Shown piece by piece: positions 35,965-45,548 of a DNA stretch of 45,851 nt. The number at the start of each line of letters is the position of its first letter. The first letter of the stretch is position 1. The notes beneath the pieces are model-generated. The model was given only the letters and a program-made list of their open reading frames with translations, was not told where the DNA came from and made no database searches. This DNA comes from Candidatus Micrarchaeota archaeon (lineage in GTDB: Archaea; Micrarchaeota; Micrarchaeia; Norongarragalinales; Norongarragalinaceae): contig JBDRBT010000021.1 in NCBI GenBank assembly GCA_043822385.1, positions 1-45,851 of the forward strand. Direction: 5' to 3'. A program made the position numbers and the translations under genes.

Positions 35965-37404
35965 ATGGATAGAGCGTCTAAAGGAACTTTTTTGCTTTTC
36001 GCTAGCCAGGGAATACTCCTCGCAATAAGTTTTTTTCTCAACGGCTTTCTAGGACGCAGTCTAGGGCCAGCAGACTTCGGAGCTTTCGGAATAATTCTCT
36101 TAATCAACTTAACGCTAGTTACACTCTTGAGTGCGGGAATTTCAGCTGAAAGCACTCGCTTGATTGCTGCAAACCCGTCTAAAGCCAAGGAAATAAACCA
36201 GGAAGCAACCAAGCACTTAGTAATACTCTCTATAGCAACTGCCTTGATTGTTTACTTTTCTTCAAGCTTCATTGCGAATTTGCTGGGAAACAAAAACCTT
36301 GCAGGACTCTTGCAGTTCTCTACAATACTAATTCCCTTGCAAACACTCTTTTCACAGCAAACTGCTTTCGTTAACGGGCTTCAAGAATTCAAGAAACAAG
36401 CACTAGGTAACGTGGTTTTTGCTGTTTCCAAAGCAGTTTTCGCGGTAATTCTCTTAGTAATCGGGTACAACCTTTTTGGAGCTATTCTTGCTTACGCCCT
36501 AGCGCCAGTAATTGGATACTTATTCCTCTTCAAAAAACCAGTTGAAAAAAAATACGCATTCAATTATTCAAACTTACTAGCGTTTGCGGTTCCTTACTCC
36601 TTGAGTGCAGTAGCATTAAGCTTAATGAACAACATTGACTTGTTGTTCGTGCAAACACTAATTCAAAACGCTGGAACCACGGGGCAATACTTGGCTGCAA
36701 GCAACATTTCACGCTTGTTTCCAACAATATTCGGCATAGCAGGCGTAGTGTTATTTCCGATAATAGCAAAACAAAAAAACAATTCAAGGAAATACTTGAA
36801 ATTATTCTCGAAATACTTCTCGCTAATAATAATTCCCGTATTATTTTTCCTGGCTGCAGCAAGCTACAATTTTATTACAGCTATTTACTCTGAAACTTAC
36901 GTTCAAGCAACAACCTTCTTTCCAATGCTAATGGCTTCAGCAGTACTCGCGTCAATTACTTTCACTTTATTCGCGGTACTAAACGCCTTAGGCAAGACGA
37001 AAACAACTCTTTACTTGACTGCCCTCGCAATAATCACTCAAGTAAGCTTGTTGTATGCATTAATCTCTAGTAATTCAGCAATGGGAGCTGCTTACGCAAT
37101 GCTTGCTTCAAACACAGTAATAACCTTAATCACTTTCCTTTTAGTAACCAAAAAAATAGGTTCTTTCGTAGACTACAAAACCCTCGCTAAAACAATATTA
37201 ATAGGCGCGGTTGTAACCGTATTAATTTTCTTAACTAACCCGCTGCTTTCAAGCAAGTGGCTCATACTAATTCAGATTCCAGCTGCGTTTCTTTTGTTCT
37301 TTTACTCGTGCATAAAACTAGGCGTAATAAAAAAAGAAGACAAAAACTTCATTAAAACAGCTTTACCGTCTAGAACCGCGTTTCTTGTAGACTGGTTCTT
37401 CTAA
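35965..37404 (+). CDS. wzx: Wzx/MOP-family oligosaccharide flippase
   Basis: About 14 TM; R.LGP.DFG, NID, G.Y.AA and GAA motifs. Confidence 0.88.
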   Translation: MDRASKGTFLLFASQGILLAISFFLNGFLGRSLGPADFGAFGIILLINLTLVTLLSAGISAESTRLIAANPSKAKEINQEATKHLVILSIATALIVYFSSSFIANLLGNKNLAGLLQFSTILIPLQTLFSQQTAFVNGLQEFKKQALGNVVFAVSKAVFAVILLVIGYNLFGAILAYALAPVIGYLFLFKKPVEKKYAFNYSNLLAFAVPYSLSAVALSLMNNIDLLFVQTLIQNAGTTGQYLAASNISRLFPTIFGIAGVVLFPIIAKQKNNSRKYLKLFSKYFSLIIIPVLFFLAAASYNFITAIYSETYVQATTFFPMLMASAVLASITFTLFAVLNALGKTKTTLYLTALAIITQVSLLYALISSNSAMGAAYAMLASNTVITLITFLLVTKKIGSFVDYKTLAKTILIGAVVTVLIFLTNPLLSSKWLILIQIPAAFLLFFYSCIKLGVIKKEDKNFIKTALPSRTAFLVDWFF

Positions 37405-37881
37405 AGCAACTAGAATTTTCTTCCCGTTTTTTTCAATAATTTTTTTTATTGGTTTAGCAGGCACTCCCACGACTACAGTAAACGCAGGCACGTCCTTGTT
37501 AACTAGAGAACACGCGCCAACAATTGCTCCCTCGCCAATGTGTACTCCAGGCATTATCGTGACGTTAGCACCCAAATAAACGTTTTTCTCAATAATTACT
37601 TTCTTTGAAATGCACTCGCCGCCACGCCACATTGGGGATGAATCGTGAGAAAAAATATTGTTCCTGAAACCAATTCCCACGCCTTCATGAATTTCCACCA
37701 TGCTTTCTTTTACTTCAGGAGGCTGGTCTATAAACGATAAGTAACCAATCCAAACTCCCTTGCGAATCGTTACTCCCCGCAGCTGGTTAGCCCAAACTCT
37801 AACGCAAGAAAAAGGACCGAATACTGCTAGAGGCGTTAAAAAAACGCCGAAAAACCGGTGCTTAAATTCACGCAAATTCAT
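37363..37881 (-). CDS. Left-handed beta-helix (hexapeptide) acyltransferase
   Basis: VYLGANVTIMPGVHIGEGAIVGACSLVNKDVP...GVPAK. Confidence 0.9.
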   Translation of the reverse strand: MNLREFKHRFFGVFLTPLAVFGPFSCVRVWANQLRGVTIRKGVWIGYLSFIDQPPEVKESMVEIHEGVGIGFRNNIFSHDSSPMWRGGECISKKVIIEKNVYLGANVTIMPGVHIGEGAIVGACSLVNKDVPAFTVVVGVPAKPIKKIIEKNGKKILVALEEPVYKKRGSRR

Positions 37882-37976
37882 TTTTTTCAATCAACTAAAT
37901 AGTTTAAAACACTGTTCTAGCTTAAATATTCTTGAGAATAAATTAACTTATCAGATTTATTAAAGGTGTTTTTTGA

Positions 37977-38960
37977 ATGTATGAAAAATTCGTAAAAGGG
38001 AAAAAAATACTAGTTACCGGCGGAACCGGTAGTTTTGGAAGCAAGATTGTTTCACGGCTAACTAAACTAAGCCCGGAAAAAATAGTTATTTTCAGCAGGG
38101 ATGAAAACAAGCAGTACCACATGCGAAACCAGTACCCTGAAATTGAAAACTTGCAGTTTGAAATAGGGGACGTTAGAGACCACCACCGCTTAAAGGAAGT
38201 AATGAAGGGAATAAACGTGGTTTTTCACGCAGCAGCAATGAAGCACGTTCCTCAAAGCGAGTATTTTCCTTTTGAAGCAGTGAAAACCAACGTGATTGGA
38301 GCTAAAAACGTGGTTGAAGCAGCCATAGAAGCAGGAGTTGAAAAAGCACTGTGCGTAAGCACGGACAAGGCAGTAAAACCAGTAAACGTTATGGGAATGA
38401 GTAAAGCAATTCAAGAAAAAATATTTATTGCAGCAAACGGACGCAGTGACACTCAATTCATGTGCGTCAGGTACGGGAACGTAATTAACAGCAGGGGTTC
38501 AGCAGTGCCTTTCTTCAAGGAATTAATACTTGAAAAGAAACCAATTCCAATAACAGATGAAAGAATGACTCGCTTTCTCCTCTCAATAGATGAAGGCATA
38601 GACTTAGTGCTTGAAGCAGTAACTAAAGGAAAAAACGGCGAAATATTCGTCAAGAAAATGCCTGCCTGCAAAATAACTCAACTCGCTCAAGTAATGGGTA
38701 AAGAAATAGGCAAGAAAGAAAACTATCCAACTAAAATAATTGGAATAAGGCCGGGTGAAAAAATTCACGAAGTGCTGGTAAGCGAGGAGGAAATGGCTCG
38801 CGCTGAAGAAACAGAAAACCACTTTATTATACACAAATACGAGAATGCAGCAAGTTTACCTCCAAAGAAAAACATTCAAGAATACGCAAGCAACAACACG
38901 CACATGATGTCTGACGAAGAAATCAGGGACAGGCTAACTGAACTAGGGATTTTTGAATGA
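37977..38960 (+). CDS. UDP-GlcNAc 4,6-dehydratase (CapE/FnlA/PseB family)
   Basis: TGGTGSFG, SRDE, HAAAMKHVP, STDKA..PVN.MG.SK, RYGNV..SRGS, MTRF and RPGEK.HE motifs. Confidence 0.93.
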   Translation: MYEKFVKGKKILVTGGTGSFGSKIVSRLTKLSPEKIVIFSRDENKQYHMRNQYPEIENLQFEIGDVRDHHRLKEVMKGINVVFHAAAMKHVPQSEYFPFEAVKTNVIGAKNVVEAAIEAGVEKALCVSTDKAVKPVNVMGMSKAIQEKIFIAANGRSDTQFMCVRYGNVINSRGSAVPFFKELILEKKPIPITDERMTRFLLSIDEGIDLVLEAVTKGKNGEIFVKKMPACKITQLAQVMGKEIGKKENYPTKIIGIRPGEKIHEVLVSEEEMARAEETENHFIIHKYENAASLPPKKNIQEYASNNTHMMSDEEIRDRLTELGIFE

Positions 38961-39688
38961 AGATAGTAATTGGAGCCAAAGGCAGGCTTGGAAAAGCAAT
39001 ACTCAAAAAAGCGCCTTTCACGCCTCTTGACAAAAACGAGTTAGATATTACAGACAAAAACCAAGTGAAAGAAAAAATACGAGAATTAAAACCGGAAACA
39101 GTAATAAACTGCGCTGCGTTCACTGACGTTAATGCTTGCGAAAAAAACGTTGACGAGTGCTGGCGCGTGAACGTTTACGGAGTAAAAAACCTTCTTGAAG
39201 CATGTATGGAAAACAACGCGAAATTAATTCACTTTTCAAGCAACTACGCGATTGAACCAGTCAACGAATACGCTTGGACTAAGAAAGCTTCAGAAAAAAT
39301 AGTTGAAGACTACGGCATCGTAATTAGAACTAGTTTATACGCAGAAGATTACTTCATGGTAAAAAAACTCTTAGCCGGAGAAGAAATAACCGCGTTCAAT
39401 GATTCTTATTTCAATCCCATAAGCGTTTACGGACTAGCTGACGAAGTAATAAAATTAAGTGACTCGAAAAAAAAAGGAGTAGTAAATATTGGAACTATAG
39501 ATAAAATTACTCCGTTCGATTTTGCTAAAGCGTTTTGCAAAGAATTCAGCGTGAATGAATCACTCGTCAAGGGCGTTCCAAAAACTGACGGGGAAGTAAA
39601 GAGAGCGCGCGACTTGTTTATTCAACCTGAAAACGAATTAACTTTAAAGGAAGACTTGAAGAAATTCAAAAAAGAAGGCGATTTTTAG
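38957..39688 (+). CDS. RmlD-like NDP-4-keto-6-deoxysugar reductase
   Basis: GAKGRLG, LDITD, NCAAFTDV and YAWTK motifs. Confidence 0.87.
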   Translation: MKIVIGAKGRLGKAILKKAPFTPLDKNELDITDKNQVKEKIRELKPETVINCAAFTDVNACEKNVDECWRVNVYGVKNLLEACMENNAKLIHFSSNYAIEPVNEYAWTKKASEKIVEDYGIVIRTSLYAEDYFMVKKLLAGEEITAFNDSYFNPISVYGLADEVIKLSDSKKKGVVNIGTIDKITPFDFAKAFCKEFSVNESLVKGVPKTDGEVKRARDLFIQPENELTLKEDLKKFKKEGDF

Positions 39689-39689
39689 A

Positions 39690-40088
39690 ATGATTAACGG
39701 CGTTGAAATAAAGAAAATAGAGAAAAAAAGCGATGAGCGAGGCGTCTTGATAGAATTCCTGCGTTTCACGGAAATAAAAGAAAGAGAAGGCCAGGTTTAC
39801 TGCACTACAAGCAAACCCGGAGTAGTTCGAGGAAACCATTACCACACTCAAAAAACCGAGTGGTTCACGATAATAGGCGGGAAAGCGCTTCTCGCGCTTA
39901 AAGACGTTAATACTGGCGAAACCCAGGAAATAGAATTAAACTCTGAAGAGCCAGTAGTCGTTAAAATACCGCCTAAAGTTATTCACGCAATAAAAAACAC
40001 TGGCACGGACACGCTTTACCACTTAGCGTACATATCGAAAACATTTGACCCGGAAAACCCTGACACGATTTTCGAGTCAATAATGTGA
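39690..40088 (+). CDS. Cupin NDP-sugar epimerase/isomerase (CapF C-terminal/WxcM-like)
   Basis: DERG, PGVVRGNHYH..KTE.F, IPP..HAI.N and FDPENPDT motifs. Confidence 0.87.
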   Translation: MINGVEIKKIEKKSDERGVLIEFLRFTEIKEREGQVYCTTSKPGVVRGNHYHTQKTEWFTIIGGKALLALKDVNTGETQEIELNSEEPVVVKIPPKVIHAIKNTGTDTLYHLAYISKTFDPENPDTIFESIM

Positions 40089-41032
40089 AAAAAATGAATA
40101 TTTCTTTTATAGTATTGAATTACAACGGAGAACAAGTACTAGAAAAAACGCTTAAAGCAATTTACAAAGAAAAAACTATTCAGGATGAAGTGCTAGTAGT
40201 TGACAATAATTCCAATGATTCTTCCCGCAAAATAGCGTTAAAATTCAAGGGACTCAAGTGGTTTCAATTAAAGGAAAACAAGCGCTTGCTGGCGTTGAAT
40301 GACGCTGCGCTCAAAGCAAAACACGAATTCATCTGCATCCTGAATAATGACTACATTATTCAAAAAGGATACCGAGAAAACGCAGTGAAAACCCTCGAAA
40401 GCGATGATAAACTCTTCGGAGTATCAGCAAAAGTAATCATGCCTACTGGCTTAATTGATTACGCGTACTGCATTCCGCACATGAAAAACTTTTTGTTTCA
40501 ATTAGAAATCAAGGGACGCAACGAAAAAAACGAAGGCCAGTACAAAGAAATTAAACCAACTATTTCAGCAAACATAGTCGGCGTTTTCAGGAAAAAAGTT
40601 TACAACGAAATAGGCGGAATAGACGAATTATTTTACCCGGCTTACTGGGAAGACAATGACTTGGGTTACAACGCTTGGAAACGCGGATGGAAGATACTAT
40701 TCAACCCGAAAATGTCGGTTATTCACAACCACAAGGACTCAATGATCAAGTCGCTTGGAAAAAGCGGAGCTACAACCATAGCAAATAGAAACAAGCACTT
40801 GTTTATACTCAAAAACTTTTCTTCAAAAGCAATGCTAGCAAGATACTTGATAGCACTGCCAATAGTACTAATTCTAGGAACACTAAAGCAAGGCCTTCCG
40901 TTCTTGAATGGTTTCATTCAAGCATTAGGGAAAGCAAGTGAAGCACTAGCGAAAAAAAAGGAAAGCGAGAAAAACCGCGTGTTAAGCGATGAAGAAATAT
41001 TCAGTTTGACTGGCGGAATTATTCGCCCTTAA
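40085..41032 (+). CDS. GT2 glycosyltransferase (rhamnosyltransferase-like)
   Basis: LNYNG, VVDNNSND, LNND and GG.DE....YWEDNDL motifs. Confidence 0.9.
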   Translation: MKKMNISFIVLNYNGEQVLEKTLKAIYKEKTIQDEVLVVDNNSNDSSRKIALKFKGLKWFQLKENKRLLALNDAALKAKHEFICILNNDYIIQKGYRENAVKTLESDDKLFGVSAKVIMPTGLIDYAYCIPHMKNFLFQLEIKGRNEKNEGQYKEIKPTISANIVGVFRKKVYNEIGGIDELFYPAYWEDNDLGYNAWKRGWKILFNPKMSVIHNHKDSMIKSLGKSGATTIANRNKHLFILKNFSSKAMLARYLIALPIVLILGTLKQGLPFLNGFIQALGKASEALAKKKESEKNRVLSDEEIFSLTGGIIRP

Positions 41033-41540
41033 CTGCTTCCATAACAAAACGCACTTCCCTAGCGGGGAATATTCCCGCGAAAAAGTCTTCGTAAATTACT
41101 GGGAAACGGTTAGCTAAAAAAGAAATCCCGATTAATTGGTGAGTCTTAGCGAAAACCAACTGCCTTCGCTTATACTTGAATTTTACTCCCTTAGCCATGT
41201 AATTGTAAGAACGCCCGTCGCAAAAAGAATCAAAAGAACGGTAACCAAAAAAGTGCTTGTGAGTCAAGTCATAAAAAGCACCAGGCGAAGAGTAAAACGG
41301 CGCTATTACTGCAAGCAAGCCGCCTGGTTTTAGAACGCGGTGCATTTCAACAATAGCTTTAACCGGGTCATTCAAGTGTTCTAAAACGTGGGAACAAAAA
41401 AACTCTTCGCAAGAATTCTTCTTGAAAGGCCACGGGTACTTGTTTAAATTAACAATTTTGTCTGCTGCAGACGACTTTTCTGAATCAACATTCAAGTAAC
41501 CTTTCTTCTTGTCTGCACCGCAACCAACATTAATCTTCAT
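41019..41540 (-). CDS. Class I SAM-dependent methyltransferase (type 11)
   Basis: NVGCG, HVLEHL and E.HRVLKPGG motifs. Confidence 0.88.
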   Translation of the reverse strand: MKINVGCGADKKKGYLNVDSEKSSAADKIVNLNKYPWPFKKNSCEEFFCSHVLEHLNDPVKAIVEMHRVLKPGGLLAVIAPFYSSPGAFYDLTHKHFFGYRSFDSFCDGRSYNYMAKGVKFKYKRRQLVFAKTHQLIGISFLANRFPVIYEDFFAGIFPAREVRFVMEAVKGE

Positions 41541-42373
41541 ACGCGCGCCCCCTCAGAGGATTCAACCAAATTCTGCATCAAACTGGCAATAGTCATTGGT
41601 CCGACTCCGCCTGGAACTGGAGTAAGAAAACCAGCTACTCCAGCAACGTCAAGAGAAACATTCCCTACTACTTTCCCGTCCTGGAAAGAAATACCTACAT
41701 CAACAACAACAGCTCCAGGCTTAATCATTCCAGCGTTAATTAAACCAGGCCTGCTGGTAGAACTAACTACAATATCGCTCTTTAAACACAATTCCTTTAA
41801 ATTACGAGTTTTAGAGTGAGCAATAGTTACAGTCGCGTCCTCCTTCAGTAAAGCAGCAGCAACAGGAATACCCACGTCACTACTCCTGCCAATAACTAAC
41901 GCGTTAGTTCCGCGCAATTCAATTCCGTAATGTTTTAGTAAAACAATTATTCCCTTCGCTGTAGCAGCAGTAAAACGAGACTCGCCTTGCAGCAAACCCC
42001 CAATATTCAAGGGATTCAAACCGTCAACGTCTTTTTCTGGAGAAATAGCTTTCAAGCACTCAAAGTAACTAACGCCTTTAGGTAAAGGCAACTGCAAGAG
42101 TATTCCAGTAACTCGCTCGTTTTCATTAAACTCGTTAATTGCGTCAACTATGTTTTTAGTGGAAGCGGTTTCAGGTAATTCCTTGAGAATAAATTCCCCA
42201 CCAACTTGCTTGCATGCTTGCTCTTTCAAACGCACGTAAAGCCTTGAAGACTCGTTACCGCCAACTAGAATCGTGCCTAAAACCGGCTTCAAACCTTTTT
42301 CCTTAACTTTTTGTTCCAAGCCTAAAAGTAGTTCTTCCTTTAATTTTTTCCCGTCTAAAAGTACTGCAGTCAC
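41537..42373 (-). CDS. folD: Methylene-THF dehydrogenase/cyclohydrolase
   Basis: YVRLK, LQLPLP, KDVDG, GRS..VG.P and TPVPGGVGPMT motifs. Confidence 0.95.
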   Translation of the reverse strand: MTAVLLDGKKLKEELLLGLEQKVKEKGLKPVLGTILVGGNESSRLYVRLKEQACKQVGGEFILKELPETASTKNIVDAINEFNENERVTGILLQLPLPKGVSYFECLKAISPEKDVDGLNPLNIGGLLQGESRFTAATAKGIIVLLKHYGIELRGTNALVIGRSSDVGIPVAAALLKEDATVTIAHSKTRNLKELCLKSDIVVSSTSRPGLINAGMIKPGAVVVDVGISFQDGKVVGNVSLDVAGVAGFLTPVPGGVGPMTIASLMQNLVESSEGARV

Positions 42374-43017
42374 TCTAACTCAACTCTCTTCAAAACAATT
42401 CGTCTCCCGTTAATTTTAATGAACGCGTTCGGGTAAGGATCTTCCAAAGCACGCACGAAATCAAAAACTTGTTCAGCACTCATTCCAATAACTTTCCCTA
42501 GAGTCAACTCGCTTTCCTCAGGCTTCCTGCGCTTGAAAACCGTAGCTTTAGCCGAGTCTTGCTTGAACGATTTTAAATTCGGGTAATCCGCAATTATTTT
42601 CCGGTACAACCTTAATCCAGACTCGCTGATTCTATCTAAAACTTCACTCAAGTGACCCTCGAAAGAAACTTTTTCCTGGCCGTACAAATCCCCTTCATCC
42701 AAGCCAGCTGTAACCTTAAACAAGGAAACACCCGTATTTTTTTCTCCATTAATAATTTGGTTTTGAATCGGACTGCCGCCCCTGTATTTTGGAAGCAGTG
42801 AGGGATGCAGGCAAAGAATCAAGTATTTCTCGAATAATTCCTTGGAAACAATCCAGCTCCAGCCAACCAAGAAAAACAAGTCAGGCTTGAATTCATTAAC
42901 TCGCTCTAAAGTCAAGTCTTCTTTTTTTTCAATAAGCAAGAGTTCATGGCCGTCACTACGTAAAGCGCTAGCAATCTTTCTAGCCCAATCCCTGTAACCA
43001 CAAAAAACTATTTTCAT
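42370..43017 (-). CDS. Formyltransferase (Fmt/sugar N-formyltransferase-like)
   Basis: HPSLLPKYRGGSP, LDEG and RAL..PYPNAF motifs. Confidence 0.88.
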   Translation of the reverse strand: MKIVFCGYRDWARKIASALRSDGHELLLIEKKEDLTLERVNEFKPDLFFLVGWSWIVSKELFEKYLILCLHPSLLPKYRGGSPIQNQIINGEKNTGVSLFKVTAGLDEGDLYGQEKVSFEGHLSEVLDRISESGLRLYRKIIADYPNLKSFKQDSAKATVFKRRKPEESELTLGKVIGMSAEQVFDFVRALEDPYPNAFIKINGRRIVLKRVELE

Positions 43018-43715
43018 TCTCTTTCACGCGGGTGCTCGTGAAACCACCACGCGGGGTGAGTCATCAAGCAAATTTTTTCTTTTTTTCCAACGAACTTGCA
43101 AGGGCATTCTTCACGCCAAGTCAAGTGAGGCTTGAAAGTTTCAGACAAGTACTTAACGCCGGAAGCATTCTCGCCAACTCCACCGTGAAACTCTTCCTGG
43201 TACGCATGGTACTCGAAACCAAACTCTTTCAAATTCATTTTTTCCACTATAGATAGAGTATTAACTTGGTAATCCCAATCCCTGTGCGGAGCAACACCCG
43301 TAATCTTGTGGCCCAAACAAGCCTCCAAGTACGCTTTATCTCTGCGAAGCAATTCCTCGCAACCAATACCCTTGTTGAACAAATCGAAATCCCCTACTTC
43401 GGCATGCAAGCCAATCTCGTGGCCTGACTCGTCAATAAAACGCAAGTCCTTGAAGTTATTGTACTCAAACAAGTTGTACGCAGCATGAACCCTGAAAAAG
43501 TAAGTTGCTTTAACACCTAAAGAATTCTCGATTAAAGCAAATTCTTTAGCTTTGTTGAAGTGATTATCAACATCATGCCTTAACAAAAAAATCTTGCCGG
43601 AAGGCTTTTTCTTCAAGTAATCATTAAACGAGTAAAAAACGTACCCCTCACTCAAGGCTTTCTTGATTATTTCACCGTAATGCTTGAAAGTAAAACTGCA
43701 AGTCAATAAAACCAC
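43014..43715 (-). CDS. Polysaccharide deacetylase-like protein
   Basis: LLRHDVD, ATYFF, GHEIGLH and THPAWW motifs. Confidence 0.75.
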   Translation of the reverse strand: MVLLTCSFTFKHYGEIIKKALSEGYVFYSFNDYLKKKPSGKIFLLRHDVDNHFNKAKEFALIENSLGVKATYFFRVHAAYNLFEYNNFKDLRFIDESGHEIGLHAEVGDFDLFNKGIGCEELLRRDKAYLEACLGHKITGVAPHRDWDYQVNTLSIVEKMNLKEFGFEYHAYQEEFHGGVGENASGVKYLSETFKPHLTWREECPCKFVGKKEKICLMTHPAWWFHEHPRERE

Positions 43716-43749
43716 CTAAATTTAAAGGAAGAACTTGAAATAAAAAGTA

Positions 43750-44541
43750 ATGACTAAACTAGTTTTCACAGTAGACGTGGAACGCGACTCCTCTCACTCT
43801 ATTCAAGGCAGTCCCTTGCGTTCAACTACGTTAGGCCAAAAAAAACCAGGATACACTGCTACTGAAAAAGGACTAACCGCCTTAATCGAGTTACTGAATG
43901 AAAAAAACATTAAAGCAACCTTGTTTTTTGAAGCCAAGACTGCTTTGAAATTAAGTTACGACGCGGACGTGAAAGCATTGTGCGCAGGACACGAAATAGG
44001 TTTTCACGGTTTTAATCATGAAGACTTCACTGGAAAAAAAACAGGTTTCCCCGCAAACCAGGAAGAAAGAGAAAAAGTTTTTTCCACAGGAACAATTGTT
44101 CTCGAAAAACTTTTCGGGAAAAAAATATTCGGCTTCCGCGCGCCTTACTTGTTAACTGATCCGGAACTCTTGCAGCTTGCAGCCCGCTTCTTCAAGTACG
44201 ATTCTTCTTTTGAAGGGAAAAAAATTGTTTTCGAGGAGGGAATAACTAGAATTCCAGTATTCAAAGAAAAAGGAATGAGCGGGTACTTATGGAAGTTAAT
44301 GGAGAAAGAAAGAAACATTCAAGAATACTATGAACTCTTGAATAAAGGATTAAAAGAAGAAGTCATGGTTATAGCAACTCACTCGTGGCATTCTCACCGC
44401 ACGCGAAACGAAGGCGTGCTTAAGGAAGAAAGAATCAAGGAAAACCTTGAAAACATTAAACTCGTCCTGGAAAAAGCGTTAGAAAAAGGCTTTGAATTCA
44501 CTACAATGAAGGAATTAATCAAATCTTCCAAACTTCAATGA
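43750..44541 (+). CDS. Polysaccharide deacetylase-family protein
   Basis: TVDVE, KATLF, HEIGFHG..H, GFRAP, YDSS and HSW motifs. Confidence 0.88.
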   Translation: MTKLVFTVDVERDSSHSIQGSPLRSTTLGQKKPGYTATEKGLTALIELLNEKNIKATLFFEAKTALKLSYDADVKALCAGHEIGFHGFNHEDFTGKKTGFPANQEEREKVFSTGTIVLEKLFGKKIFGFRAPYLLTDPELLQLAARFFKYDSSFEGKKIVFEEGITRIPVFKEKGMSGYLWKLMEKERNIQEYYELLNKGLKEEVMVIATHSWHSHRTRNEGVLKEERIKENLENIKLVLEKALEKGFEFTTMKELIKSSKLQ

Positions 44542-45187
44542 TTTTTCCTGAATCAGTTTCCTCGAATTTTTCAATCAAATTACTAATTATTCCCGCTATT
44601 TTTTCCGGAGAAACAGCATCACCAGTGAAACCAAAATCATTCCTCAACATCGTTGTAGCAACAGCACCAGGACAAACCACGAAAACCTTTATTTTAGGAT
44701 CGAGTTCTACAGCCAACGCCTTACTCAAACCAATTACAGCGAACTTGGAGGCAGCGTAAACCGAGACATTAGCTGAAGCAGTAACGCCGTAAACAGAAGA
44801 AATATTGATTATAGCGCCCTTCTGGATTACTTTTTCTGCTTGCTTGCAGCAATACAACACTCCCTTCACGTTAACATCAATAACTTCATCCAAGTCCTCT
44901 ATTTCAGTGTCACGCAACGGCCTTGCGAAACCCACGCCCGCGTTATTAACTAAAAAATCAATTGAACCAAACTCTTTCAATCCTAAAGAAAACAATTTCT
45001 CTACTTCCCGTGGATTAGAAACATCAGCCTGCACGCAAAAAACATTTTCAACTCCATCCAGCGCTTTCTTTAACGCAGCCAAGTCAGTAGAACAAGCAAC
45101 CACGCTATAATTCCTAGAAACTAATTCCTTAACTGTAGCCAAACCAATTCCACGGCTTGCTCCAGTAACAACAACAACTTTACTCAT
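44519..45187 (-). CDS. Short-chain dehydrogenase/reductase
   Basis: TGASRGIG, NNAG, NISS and YAASK motifs; ATG at 45187. Confidence 0.93.
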   Translation of the reverse strand: MSKVVVVTGASRGIGLATVKELVSRNYSVVACSTDLAALKKALDGVENVFCVQADVSNPREVEKLFSLGLKEFGSIDFLVNNAGVGFARPLRDTEIEDLDEVIDVNVKGVLYCCKQAEKVIQKGAIINISSVYGVTASANVSVYAASKFAVIGLSKALAVELDPKIKVFVVCPGAVATTMLRNDFGFTGDAVSPEKIAGIISNLIEKFEETDSGKIIEVWKI

Positions 45188-45194
45188 AAAAAAA

Positions 45195-45548
45195 TCACTT
45201 GTTTTTATACCCAAATCTCTTTTCATAATTCTTGTGATCAAACCACTCTAAAATAATTGAAACGATTTCAATTTCGTCGCCAGCTAAAAAATAAATCAAT
45301 CTCCAACCATCCGGCAAGTCATACTTGCGCAAGTTATCTATACCGTATTTCTTCAAATACTCCTTAGGCCAAACTCTACCTGGAATTTTAATTCCACAAA
45401 AAGGGTTTTGCTTCAAGGCGTTTATAGCAGAATCAATGTTTTCAGCTAAATTTATATCTTCAGTCTTACCCGACTTGAGTTTCAAATACGCCTGATAAAT
45501 CTTTTCATCAACAAAACGAACGCGGCGCGCTCTGGAATTCGTAATCAA
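45195..45548 (-). CDS. RelE/ParE-like toxin candidate
   Basis: Basic ~115-aa protein with L..NP..G, LRKYDLPDGWRLIY and H..YE..FGY. Confidence 0.6.
   Translation of the reverse strand: MITNSRARRVRFVDEKIYQAYLKLKSGKTEDINLAENIDSAINALKQNPFCGIKIPGRVWPKEYLKKYGIDNLRKYDLPDGWRLIYFLAGDEIEIVSIILEWFDHKNYEKRFGYKNK

Noticed and set aside
37363-37404. 42-bp convergent overlap of the flippase and acyltransferase genes
   Set aside because: Short convergent overlaps are frequent throughout this compact window (e.g. 22512, 27746, 29573, 41019, 44519), so this one is not distinctive.
42370-43017. Methionyl-tRNA formyltransferase (bacterial-type initiation)
   Set aside because: It is too short (215 aa) to include the full C-terminal tRNA-binding domain and sits in a glycan operon; a sugar formyltransferase is more plausible.
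729-45110. Many 60-160 aa antisense ORFs inside long genes (e.g. 729..959, 3515..3874, 20886..21353, 25769..26251, 28784..29266, 35403..35876)
   Set aside because: They are fully nested opposite well-supported genes and have the K/T/P/N-rich composition expected of shadows of hydrophobic-protein codons.
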